Positions 1 to 8,183 of a stretch of 31,826 nucleotides of DNA are shown piece after piece. Below the pieces are notes generated by a model. That model was given only the letters and a program-made list of their open reading frames with translations, had not been told where the DNA came from and did not search any database. The position numbers and the translations under genes were made by a program. Every line of letters starts with the position of its first letter. The stretch's first letter is position 1. Location of the stretch: the NCBI GenBank assembly GCA_011372835.1, contig DSAJ01000112.1:1-31826 (forward strand), read 5' to 3'. This DNA comes from Methanomicrobia archaeon (GTDB taxonomy: Archaea > Methanobacteriota_B > Thermococci > Methanofastidiosales > NM3).

Positions 1-134
1 CAGCACGTGTTGGCGGCCGATCCGCCCTCGCCCTCATGGTATGTTTTCACTGAGAGCTTCTCGTGAAACGCGGGGAAGCGCGGTACCGCGAGTATGATGT
101 CGTGGTTCATGTTTCCGCAGAAGAGCACGTTCAT
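1..134 (-). CDS. PfkB/ribokinase-family carbohydrate kinase, N-terminal part (runs off window start)
   Basis: Hand translation of the minus strand from ATG 134: MNVLFCGNMNHDIILAVPRFPAFHEKLSVKTYHEGEGGSAANTC. This matches the PfkB N-terminus (G-x-x-N-x-D...P...GG-x-x-AN). An in-frame upstream ATG exists at 188. Not in the ORF track because there is no stop in the window. Confidence 0.75.
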   Translation of the reverse strand, partial: MNVLFCGNMNHDIILAVPRFPAFHEKLSVKTYHEGEGGSAANTC

Positions 135-227
135 GGCACACATTCGCAGCGCAACCACATAAATCTTGCCGTTGTCCATGTGGCGCATGCATCCGACTTC
201 GTGTCACGATTTATTTTTAATTTAATA

Positions 228-345
228 TTTTGTGTTACTTTTTATAATATTGGCACAATCTAATCTAATAATTTTAATTCTCAAAAACTTGTTACTATTT
301 GAAACAACTAGTTTATTTTGTGTTACTATTTGCCATAAAATGGCA
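228..345. promoter_or_regulatory. Candidate operator region: three TGTTACT direct repeats plus palindrome TGCCAT-N3-ATGGCA
   Basis: TGTTACT at 233-239, 290-296 and 321-327 (the last two extend to TGTTACTATTTG). Perfect inverted repeat at 331-345. Lies in the AT-rich divergent spacer between pfkB and the ABC operon. Confidence 0.5.
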
Positions 346-353
346 TATCCATT

Positions 354-404
354 GAGAAAAATATTTATATGGTATCCAAAAAGTGTTATGAATCACAAGG
401 AGGT
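354..404 (+). promoter_or_regulatory. BRE/TATA promoter and SD of the ABC transporter operon
   Basis: GAGAAAA (354-360) followed by TTTATAT (364-370). AAGGAGGT at 397-404, 7 nt before ATG 412. Confidence 0.6.
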
Positions 405-411
405 AACATCA

Positions 412-1707
412 ATGAAAAAGATTGTACCAATCGGTTTGCTTATCGTCCTCTTGACGGGACTCGTCGGCGGATGCATCGGGGGCGGCCCCGATACGACCAT
501 CGCCGATGAGCTCGAGGAGCGCCCGTCGCTCTCGATGCTCGTCGACGCGCTCACGTCTGCAGGGCTCTATGACATTTTTGGCGAGGAGGGCGACTACACC
601 CTTCTTGCGCCAAGCAACGACGCTCTCGAATCGCTTGACGAGCGCTATGCGTCCGACCCGGCGCTCCTGGAACAGATACTGACGTATCACGTGCTCGAAG
701 GGTCGTACTCTGCATCCAAGATCTCCCAGTCGCAGACGCTTGCCACGCTGCAGGGCGAGGACATCGAGGTCAAGACCACAGGCTCGCTCTCCATAGGGGG
801 GGCCTCTGTTACCGAACAGGACATTGAATGCACCAACGGCACGCTCCACGTGATCGATGCGGTGCTCGTGCCGCCATCGATCGAGGAGACCTACATCGAC
901 TACACGTTCGAGGACGGCGCCGGCCGCGAGGTCACCATCGAGAAGGTGCCCGAGCGCGTGGTGTCGCTTGCAAGCTCCGCCACCGAGGTGATGTTTGCCA
1001 TTGGTGCGGGCGAGAAGGTCGTCGGCGTCGACAAGTACAGCACGTACCCCGAGGAGGTCGCCAGCCGCCCCAATCTCGGGAGCGGGTCGTCGCTTGATAT
1101 GGAAAAGCTCATCGAGCTCGAGCCCGACCTCGTCGTCATATGGTACTTCTACGGCGATGCCATCGAGAACATCGAGCAGCGCGGCATCAACGTGATGGCG
1201 ATAAATCCCGCCTCGGTCAGCGACATCTATGATGAGATCGAACTCCTCGGCACGATCCTTGGATTCGAGGAGAACGCACAGGATGTCATCGGCGACATGC
1301 AAGCGCGCATATCGGAGATCACCGACTATGTGGACACGATCCCTGTCGAGGACCGCCCCACGGTCTTCTACGAGACGTCCCAACCGTTCAAGAGCCTCAA
1401 CGCTGACACGTTCACCGGCGAGCTCATCGAGATGGCGGGCGGCATCAACATCGCAGCAGACGAGGAGTCTCGCTACCCCGTGCTCTCGAGCGAATGGATC
1501 ATCCAGGAGGACCCCGACGTCATCGTGGTGCTCTCGTATGGCGCATCCGTCGAGGAGATCAAGGCGCGCAGCGGATGGGGACAGGTCTCAGCCGTTGCCA
1601 ATGACAGGGTCTATGCCGTCGAGAGCGACTTGGTCACATCGAATCCCCGTCTCGTGCTCGGACTCGAGCAGCTGGCGAAATGGTTTTATCCTGAGTACTT
1701 CGAGTGA
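412..1707 (+). CDS. btuF: Lipoprotein: fasciclin (FAS1) domain fused to a cobalamin/Fe-siderophore ABC substrate-binding domain (BtuF-like)
   Basis: Start moved to ATG 412 (SD present; the upstream in-frame extension is AT-rich spacer). Signal peptide with lipobox VGGC. FAS1 motifs YTLLAPSNDAL, ILTYHVLEG and NGTLHVIDAVLVP. Class III SBP motifs PERVVSLASSATE, VVGVDKYSTYP, EKLIELEPDLV and SAVANDRVY. Substrate (corrinoid vs iron chelate) is inferred. Confidence 0.8.
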   Translation: MKKIVPIGLLIVLLTGLVGGCIGGGPDTTIADELEERPSLSMLVDALTSAGLYDIFGEEGDYTLLAPSNDALESLDERYASDPALLEQILTYHVLEGSYSASKISQSQTLATLQGEDIEVKTTGSLSIGGASVTEQDIECTNGTLHVIDAVLVPPSIEETYIDYTFEDGAGREVTIEKVPERVVSLASSATEVMFAIGAGEKVVGVDKYSTYPEEVASRPNLGSGSSLDMEKLIELEPDLVVIWYFYGDAIENIEQRGINVMAINPASVSDIYDEIELLGTILGFEENAQDVIGDMQARISEITDYVDTIPVEDRPTVFYETSQPFKSLNADTFTGELIEMAGGINIAADEESRYPVLSSEWIIQEDPDVIVVLSYGASVEEIKARSGWGQVSAVANDRVYAVESDLVTSNPRLVLGLEQLAKWFYPEYFE

Positions 1708-2765
1708 ACGTGATGCAGGATATCGAAGCGTACTTCCATAGTGTACGGATGTATCGGCTCACCGTCATGGTGGGCCTCATCCTCTTCTTGTTCGCCGTTG
1801 CCATCCTCGGCATCATGGTCGGACCGGTATCGATCTCGCCGTCGACGATCCTGCACATCTTCTGGATGCAGATACCGCACGTTGGCGACTCGGTCATGCA
1901 GACCTGGCCCCACTCGTACACATCCATCGTCATGGACGTCCGCCTCCCGCGCGTGCTGCTCGGCATGCTCGTCGGGATGGGCCTGGCCGTCTCGGGATGT
2001 GCCATGCAGGGCCTCTTTCGCAATCCCATGGCGTCCCCGTACGTCTGCGGCCTCTCATCGGGGGGCGCGTTCGGTGCGGCCCTTGCGGTCAACCTCGGTC
2101 TCGCCTATATCTTCCTGCCGTTCTTCGCGTTTCTCTTCGCGACGCTTACCGTCTTTTTCGTCTACATGATATCGCGGGTCAACAACAAGGTGCCAACAGA
2201 GACGCTCCTCCTTTCAGGCATCGCTCTCTCGTCGTTCTTCTCGGCCCTTGTCTCGCTCATGCTCTACTTCGCCGACCAGCAGCTCGAGCGCATCGTCTTC
2301 TGGATGATGGGGGGGCTCTGGGCGTCGACGTGGGACAAGGTCGCGGTGACGCTTCCCCTCATCGTCGTCGCTGTCCCGCTCTTCTACGTGCTCTCCCGCG
2401 AGCTCAATGCCATGCTGCTTGGCGAGGAGAACGCGACCGACCTTGGCATCAAGGTCGAGTCGACCAAGCGCATCATACTCGTGCTCACCGCGTTCACCGT
2501 GGGTGCCTGTGTTGCCGTCTCGGGCGTCATCGGTTTTGTCGGCCTCATCATCCCTCATATCGCCCGCATCTTCGTCGGTCCCGACCACAAGATCCTTATC
2601 CCCGCCTCCGTCTTCGTGGGCGGGATCTTTTTGATCCTCACCGACACGCTGGCGCGCACGATCATCATGCCTGCAGAGCTTCCCGTCGGCATCATCACGT
2701 CGCTTTTCGGCGTGCCGTTCTTCCTCTATCTCCTGCGAAAGCGCAAGGAGCGCATGGGGTGGTAA
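1704..2765 (+). CDS. btuC: FecCD/BtuC-family ABC permease
   Basis: DVRLPRVLLGMLVG, MQGLFRNPMASP, GEENATDLGI, VSGVIGFVGLIIPH and ELPVGIITSLFGVPFF. Overlaps the SBP stop by 4 nt. Confidence 0.9.
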   Translation: MNVMQDIEAYFHSVRMYRLTVMVGLILFLFAVAILGIMVGPVSISPSTILHIFWMQIPHVGDSVMQTWPHSYTSIVMDVRLPRVLLGMLVGMGLAVSGCAMQGLFRNPMASPYVCGLSSGGAFGAALAVNLGLAYIFLPFFAFLFATLTVFFVYMISRVNNKVPTETLLLSGIALSSFFSALVSLMLYFADQQLERIVFWMMGGLWASTWDKVAVTLPLIVVAVPLFYVLSRELNAMLLGEENATDLGIKVESTKRIILVLTAFTVGACVAVSGVIGFVGLIIPHIARIFVGPDHKILIPASVFVGGIFLILTDTLARTIIMPAELPVGIITSLFGVPFFLYLLRKRKERMGW

Positions 2766-2769
2766 AAAA

Positions 2770-3558
2770 ATGCAACTTTCAGTCTCGTCCCTCAACTTCT
2801 CGTTTCCCACCAAGGTGGTGCTGCGCGACGTCTCGTTTTCCGCGCACAGCGGTGAGGTGTTTGGTATCGTTGGCCCCAACGGCTCGGGCAAGACGACGCT
2901 GCTTCGATGCCTGCGCCTCGTGCTCAGCCCCCAGGGCGGTGCCATCACGCTCGATGACGAGGACGTCATGACATGGGACCGGTCCCGTATCGCGCGGGTC
3001 TTCGGCGTCGTGCCCCAGTCGACGACACTCACATTCCCGTTTTCTGTCTTTGACGTCGTCATGATGGGGCGCATCCCGCACCTGGGCCGATTCCAGCGCG
3101 AGGGCGCCCACGACATCTCGATCGTCCGTGAGTCGATGAAGCTCACATCGATAGATCATCTCTTTGAGCGGCCGATATCGCAACTTTCAGGCGGTGAGCT
3201 TCAACGCGTGATCATCGCTCGCGCGCTCGCGCAGGAGCCTCGGGTCCTCCTGCTTGACGAGCCCACGTCACAGCTTGACATCAATCACCAGTTCGAGGTC
3301 ATGAAGCTTGTTCGCTCCTTTGCCATCGAGCACAACATGGTCGTGATTATCATATCCCACAACCTCAACCTCTCTCTTCGCTACTGCGACCGGCTGCTCT
3401 TGCTCAAGGATGGCGGCGTCCATTCGTGCGGCGCGTCAGATGAGGTGCTCACGCCCGACAACATCCGCGAAGTCTACGGCGTCGAGGCACAGCTCGATTA
3501 CAACAAGCGCATTGGCGCCCATCAGCTCACGCTGATCGATGCGATAGAAAGGGATTGA
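2770..3558 (+). CDS. btuD: ABC transporter ATP-binding subunit (BtuD/FepC family)
   Basis: Walker A GPNGSGKT, signature LSGGE, Walker B LLLDEPT, H-loop ISHNL. Confidence 0.92.
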   Translation: MQLSVSSLNFSFPTKVVLRDVSFSAHSGEVFGIVGPNGSGKTTLLRCLRLVLSPQGGAITLDDEDVMTWDRSRIARVFGVVPQSTTLTFPFSVFDVVMMGRIPHLGRFQREGAHDISIVRESMKLTSIDHLFERPISQLSGGELQRVIIARALAQEPRVLLLDEPTSQLDINHQFEVMKLVRSFAIEHNMVVIIISHNLNLSLRYCDRLLLLKDGGVHSCGASDEVLTPDNIREVYGVEAQLDYNKRIGAHQLTLIDAIERD

Positions 3559-3594
3559 AAGAAATAAAAGAGAAAAGGGTCACCATCTGGTGAC
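3559..3594 (-). terminator. Putative terminator between convergent genes
   Basis: Hairpin GTCACC-ATCT-GGTGAC (3579-3594) right after the TIGR00266 stop, followed by a T-rich tract on the minus strand. Confidence 0.5.
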
Positions 3595-4296
3595 TTACTG
3601 ATTCTTGTTGGGAAGGAACGGGACGAGCCAGCTGCCAAACGCCGTTGGATTCCTCGTCTGCAGGTAGACGTTGCCTTGCCCTTTGAGCTTGAGCACGAGC
3701 CCCTCACCCGAGAGGAACGTCGACTTGAGCCCTCCGATCTTTTTGACCTCGTAATCGATGGACTCGGAGAATCCCACGAGGTGACCGGTGTCGATGATCA
3801 TCTCGCCGGCAAGCTCGCGCTTGATGAGAGCACCGAACGCCGAGACGAAGAGGTCGCCCCTGCCCTCCGCCTTGAGGAAGAAGAGACCCTCGCGGGATAC
3901 CATGCCCCGCAGCCCCTGGAACTTGGTGTCAAGCGTCATGTCGGGGGTCGATGCAAGGAACGCGCCCGATTGCATCATCCACGTCTCTCCCTCCATCGGG
4001 ATGCACTGTATGTCGCCCGGGTACCCTGGCGCCAGCGTTATCTCCCCCGGTCCGTTCTCTGCCGTGAACGTGTTCTGGAAGAACGACTCGCCCCCAAGCG
4101 CCTTGCGCTTGAACGCACCGAACATGCCTCCCTGCATACTCGTCTGCACGGTGCAGTTGGCAGACATCGAGACCATGGCGCCCGCTTCCGCCTTGATGGA
4201 CTGGCCGCTTTTAAGGTTGACCTGCAGCAAGGTGTATGCCGGACTCTTCAATATTTCGTAATCAAAATCTTTTCCTTGTTCTATGATAATCACCAA
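3595..4296 (-). CDS. TIGR00266/AIM24-family protein
   Basis: IKAEAGAMVSM, GGESFFQNTF, LAPGYPGDI, GAFLAS, SGEGLVLKLKGQGNVYLQTRN. Confidence 0.88.
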   Translation of the reverse strand: MVIIIEQGKDFDYEILKSPAYTLLQVNLKSGQSIKAEAGAMVSMSANCTVQTSMQGGMFGAFKRKALGGESFFQNTFTAENGPGEITLAPGYPGDIQCIPMEGETWMMQSGAFLASTPDMTLDTKFQGLRGMVSREGLFFLKAEGRGDLFVSAFGALIKRELAGEMIIDTGHLVGFSESIDYEVKKIGGLKSTFLSGEGLVLKLKGQGNVYLQTRNPTAFGSWLVPFLPNKNQ

Positions 4297-4463
4297 GAAA
4301 TGTCTCGCGCGGTATGTTTATATATATTTGTATTTGTTTTTTCTCTTGAGCTGCCGACACATGCGTTCTCGCCCCATTCTCCCCCATATGCGCTGCGAAG
4401 CCTGACACGGTGCTCACAATATTTATGTATCTGTCCACCATTGTAGGTACGGACGGGATCACC

Positions 4464-5411
4464 ATGGAACTGGCGTTGATAGCCGCAAGCATGTTCATCG
4501 CTGCAACGATCGGGGCAAACGACATTGCCAACGCCATCGGTACGACGGTGGGGTCCAACATCCTCTCGTACCGCAAGGCGACGGTCCTTGCGGGCGTCTC
4601 CGTCGTCGCCGGTGCGCTCCTTGCGGGCAGCAACACGATCGATACCGTGGGAAGGGGGCTCCTTGACACGTCGTCGCTTGAGCTCATGACGCTCTCTGTC
4701 GCACTCACGTGCGCCGCAAGCGCCGTCGCGATTGCGACGTATCTTAGCTTTCCCGTCTCGGCCACGCAGTCGGTGGTGGGGGCGCTTGCAGGAACGGGGC
4801 TTGCAACAGGTCTTGCCCTCAACTCGTCGGTGCTCTTTGACATCGCCGTCGTCTGGACGCTGCTTCCATTCTTCTCGGCCGCCATGTCATTCCTGTCGTT
4901 TTTCTTCTACAGGGGCGTGTTCTCACGTCTCTTCAAACAAAGGGCATATGCTTATGAGCGCCTCATAGCGTTGCTCGTTGCGGGCTCGGGCATCCTCGTC
5001 TCGTTCTCGCTCGGCTCGAACAACATCGGCAACGCCGTGGGTACGCTCGTGGCCCAGGATGTCATGAACGCCGAGAGCGCCATCGTGCTCGGGGCGCTGT
5101 TCATCGCCGTCGGCGCGCTCCTCTTCTCAAAGCGCGTCATACTCACCATCGGCAAGGGGATAACGCAGCTCGACCCCCTGCAAGCGTTCGTGTGCCAGTT
5201 CTCGTCCTCGTTTACCGTCTTTGCCTGCACGCTCATAGGCATCCCCGTCTCGCTGAGCCAGGCGACGGTGGGAAGCGTGGTAGGGGTGGGATTGACGAAA
5301 GGCACGACATCGGTCAACAGGCGCTTCATCATGCGCATCGTGGGAAGTTGGATAGCGACGCCGTTCATATCGGGCGTGGTCTCGTACGCCCTCATCCGTC
5401 TCATCGCGTGA
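4464..5411 (+). CDS. pit: Inorganic phosphate transporter, PiT family
   Basis: GANDIANAIGT and GSNNIGNAVG signatures, PVSATQ and PVSLSQ repeats, many TM segments. Start placed at ATG 4464 (the ORF track starts at 4410). Confidence 0.88.
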   Translation: MELALIAASMFIAATIGANDIANAIGTTVGSNILSYRKATVLAGVSVVAGALLAGSNTIDTVGRGLLDTSSLELMTLSVALTCAASAVAIATYLSFPVSATQSVVGALAGTGLATGLALNSSVLFDIAVVWTLLPFFSAAMSFLSFFFYRGVFSRLFKQRAYAYERLIALLVAGSGILVSFSLGSNNIGNAVGTLVAQDVMNAESAIVLGALFIAVGALLFSKRVILTIGKGITQLDPLQAFVCQFSSSFTVFACTLIGIPVSLSQATVGSVVGVGLTKGTTSVNRRFIMRIVGSWIATPFISGVVSYALIRLIA

Positions 5412-6174
5412 TGCGCGTGCCGACATGCTCGCCCCTGAGCGTGCGCGCCAGCGCGCCGGGCTCGCCGAGGCTGGTGATGTCGACCATCTCGATGGCGTCC
5501 CCAAATCTCGCTATCTCCTCGAGCTTGCCCCGCATGCCGCCGGTGGCGTCGCCTGACCCGCCTGCCTCGATGAAGGGTAGACGTCCGAACGTCACGTGGT
5601 CGATGCGTCGTGCATCTGCATCCTCTTTCGGGTCGGTGGTGTAGATGCCTCCGACGTCGGTAAGGAAGATCGCCCTGCTTCCGGGAAATGTGCGTGCGAG
5701 ATGGAGCATGATCTGGTCTCCTGAGAGGATGGAAAAAGAGAGCGTCGCATCATGGACGGCGTCGCCGTAGAGCACCGGCACGAATCCCTTCTGCACGGTC
5801 GTGCGTATGAGGTCGTCGTTGCACCAGTCGATGATGCCGTTGCGCGTGGTCATCACTGCGCTCGTCTGGAGCGCGAACGCGCCGATGCCCCCTTCGTTGA
5901 GCGCCTCGCATACCACGTTCGAGAGCGTGCGCATGGCGACGTTGATGCGGGCGACGCCCTCGCGTTGCGCCTTTGTCGTGATGGCGCCGCGCACATTGTA
6001 GCGTGCGGCCAGCGGGTGTCCGAACGAACCGCCCCCATGGCAGAGCACGACGTCTTCTTCAGTGTCCCGAAGCGCTGCCGCAAGCTCGGCGAGCGCCTCA
6101 TCCTTTACCGAGAAGGGAACCTTCTTGTCCGTGATCGCCGACCCGCCCGCCTTGATGAGTATCATGGTGTCCAC
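5401..6174 (-). CDS. ipk: Isopentenyl phosphate kinase
   Basis: Amino-acid-kinase fold with IPK motifs IKAGGSAITDK, HGGGSFGH, PVLYGD, SGD, TDVGGIY and DATGGMRGKL. Confidence 0.9.
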   Translation of the reverse strand: MDTMILIKAGGSAITDKKVPFSVKDEALAELAAALRDTEEDVVLCHGGGSFGHPLAARYNVRGAITTKAQREGVARINVAMRTLSNVVCEALNEGGIGAFALQTSAVMTTRNGIIDWCNDDLIRTTVQKGFVPVLYGDAVHDATLSFSILSGDQIMLHLARTFPGSRAIFLTDVGGIYTTDPKEDADARRIDHVTFGRLPFIEAGGSGDATGGMRGKLEEIARFGDAIEMVDITSLGEPGALARTLRGEHVGTRITR

Positions 6175-6810
6175 CTAGAAGTTGAGGAACTGCATCGCAC
6201 GTGCGATGTCGGCCTCGTTGATGATGAAGATCGTGTTGGTCCAGCAGCTCATGGTCTCGCATATGTTGATGCCGTGCTCGCCGAAGAGCGAATAGAGGTG
6301 TGCGATGACGCCCGGCGTCGTCTCGAGCTCAGGCGGGCTCTTTATCGTGATCATCGCCAGATCCTCTGACGACTTGAAGACGTCGTCGCCCAGCGCGTCC
6401 CTGAGCAGCTGACGGTGCTTTTCCGTCGTGATGAGCGTGATGGCGGTGGACCCCTCGATGCTGTAGTAGATGTCCTGCTCCTTCTTGATCTTGTCCTCGA
6501 GCGATATGAGCGTGCGTGGATGGACGGTCTTTTTCACGATGAACACGACGATCTTGTTCTTTATCTCAAGCTCGCTCTTTGAGAGGATGTCCATAATGAC
6601 GTCCTCATGTGACCGTTTCGGCCTGAGCTGCTCGAAGTAGCGCCTGCTGGCCACGATGATCGCGTCCTTGCTCGTCTTCTTCTGGATGTCCTTTTCCCGC
6701 GCGATCTTCTCGGCAAGCTTCGAGTAGTTGATGAGGTTGTTACTGATACAGTCTTTTATCGACGGGTGTGTGTCGATGTACTCCTTCGTGATCTCCGCCG
6801 TTGTCTTCAT
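6175..6810 (-). CDS. ACT-domain protein with helical N-terminal domain, putative amino-acid-responsive regulator
   Basis: C-terminal ACT (TPGVIAHLYSLFGEHGINICETMSCWTNTIFII). N-terminal HPSIKDC...LINYSKLAEKI helical region. Abuts the ipk start with no gap. Confidence 0.7.
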   Translation of the reverse strand: MKTTAEITKEYIDTHPSIKDCISNNLINYSKLAEKIAREKDIQKKTSKDAIIVASRRYFEQLRPKRSHEDVIMDILSKSELEIKNKIVVFIVKKTVHPRTLISLEDKIKKEQDIYYSIEGSTAITLITTEKHRQLLRDALGDDVFKSSEDLAMITIKSPPELETTPGVIAHLYSLFGEHGINICETMSCWTNTIFIINEADIARAMQFLNF

Positions 6811-6842
6811 ATGATGGCTTCTCGTATCATATCATATAAAAA
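6809..6842 (-). promoter_or_regulatory. TATA box of the ACT/ipk unit with palindrome ATATGAT-N10-ATCATAT
   Basis: Minus-strand TTTTTATATG at 6842-6833. Inverted repeat arms at 6809-6815 and 6826-6832, lying between the TATA box and the start codon. Confidence 0.45.
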
Positions 6843-6968
6843 TGTTATTATGAGGACACATGCGTTTGATATCGAAATGTCAAAAATGGCCGTCTTATCC
6901 CACAGGCCAGTTTGAAATAGGTCGATACTTTTAAGTGAGGTGTCTGCTACGTCGACGCACGTGATCAT

Positions 6969-8183
6969 ATGGATTATAACAAGGTGGTTTTGGCCTACAG
7001 TGGCGGTCTTGACACGTCGGTGATCCTTCGCTGGCTCATCGACAAGGGCTATGACGTCATCGCCTACATCGCCGATGTGGGCCAGCACGACGACTTCGAC
7101 CAGATAGCCGAGAAGGCACGCGCGTGCGGTGCTTCGAAGGTCTACGTGAGCGACCTCAAGGAGGAGTTCCTCACCGACTACGTCTACGAGGCGATCGCTG
7201 CCAATGCCGTCTACGAGAACGTTTACCTCCTCGGTACCGCCGTGGCACGCCCCATCATCGCCAAGGAGCACGTGCGCATCGCACGCGAGGAGGGCGCGGG
7301 CGTGCTCTGCCACGGCGCCACCGGCAAGGGCAATGACCAGGCGCGCTTCGAGCTCGCCTACATGACGCTTATGCCCGAGACGGAGATACTCAGCCCGTGG
7401 AAGGACCCCGAATGGCTCTCCGAGTTCAAGGGGCGCAAGGACATGATCGCCTATGCGGAAAAGTGCGAGATACCGATCCCCGTTTCCTTGAGAAAACCGT
7501 TTTCCATCGATGAGAATCTCTTGCACACGAGCTACGAGGCCGGCGTGCTCGAGGACCCCGGGCGACCGTATGACAAGGACATGTTCAAGAAGGGGACCCA
7601 CCCGTTCGATGCGCCCGACGAGCCCGACTTCATCCGTATCCACTTCAAGGGCGGCGCGCCCGTGAAGGTGGAGGACATCGAGGCTGGCACGAGCGTCGAG
7701 GGAACGCTCGCGCTGTTCGATCATCTCAACGAGCTCGGCCTGAAGCACGGCGTGGGCATCGTCGACATGGTGGAAAATCGCCTCATGGGAATGAAGTCGC
7801 GCGGCGTCTACGTCACGCCCGGCGGCACGATACTCTTCAACGCGCACCGCGACCTCGAGTCGATCACGCTCGACAAGGAGGTGCAGCACTACAAGGAGTG
7901 GATGGCCATCGAGATCGGGCGCCTGATCTACAACGGACTGTGGTTCTCGCCCGAGTTCGACTTCCTCATGCAGTCGGTGCGCCACAGCCAGAAGGCAGTG
8001 AACGGCCACGTCGACCTGGCCATCTACAAGGGCGCGGCACACGTCATCGGGCGCCACTCGGACTCGTCGCGTTACGACAACGGCATCGCCTCCATGGACG
8101 AGCATGGCGGCTACGACCAGACGGATGCAAAGGGTTTTATTCGCATATTCGGATTGCGTCTCAAGGCTGGTAGTAAAAAATGA
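6969..8183 (+). CDS. argG: Argininosuccinate synthase
   Basis: LAYSGGLDTS, HGATGKGNDQ, DENLLHTSYEAG, VENRLMGMKSRG. Confidence 0.97.
   Translation: MDYNKVVLAYSGGLDTSVILRWLIDKGYDVIAYIADVGQHDDFDQIAEKARACGASKVYVSDLKEEFLTDYVYEAIAANAVYENVYLLGTAVARPIIAKEHVRIAREEGAGVLCHGATGKGNDQARFELAYMTLMPETEILSPWKDPEWLSEFKGRKDMIAYAEKCEIPIPVSLRKPFSIDENLLHTSYEAGVLEDPGRPYDKDMFKKGTHPFDAPDEPDFIRIHFKGGAPVKVEDIEAGTSVEGTLALFDHLNELGLKHGVGIVDMVENRLMGMKSRGVYVTPGGTILFNAHRDLESITLDKEVQHYKEWMAIEIGRLIYNGLWFSPEFDFLMQSVRHSQKAVNGHVDLAIYKGAAHVIGRHSDSSRYDNGIASMDEHGGYDQTDAKGFIRIFGLRLKAGSKK

Noticed and set aside
1-410. Possible cobalamin riboswitch upstream of the btu-like operon
   Set aside because: No B12-box or conserved core seen; 1-134 is coding on the minus strand and the rest is too AT-rich to fold that way.
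232-411. 60-aa N-terminal extension of the binding-protein ORF
   Set aside because: It is AT-rich promoter DNA that happens to be open; the SD and signal peptide start at 412.
5401-5411. 11-nt convergent overlap between pit and ipk
   Set aside because: Short 3' overlaps are ordinary in compact genomes.
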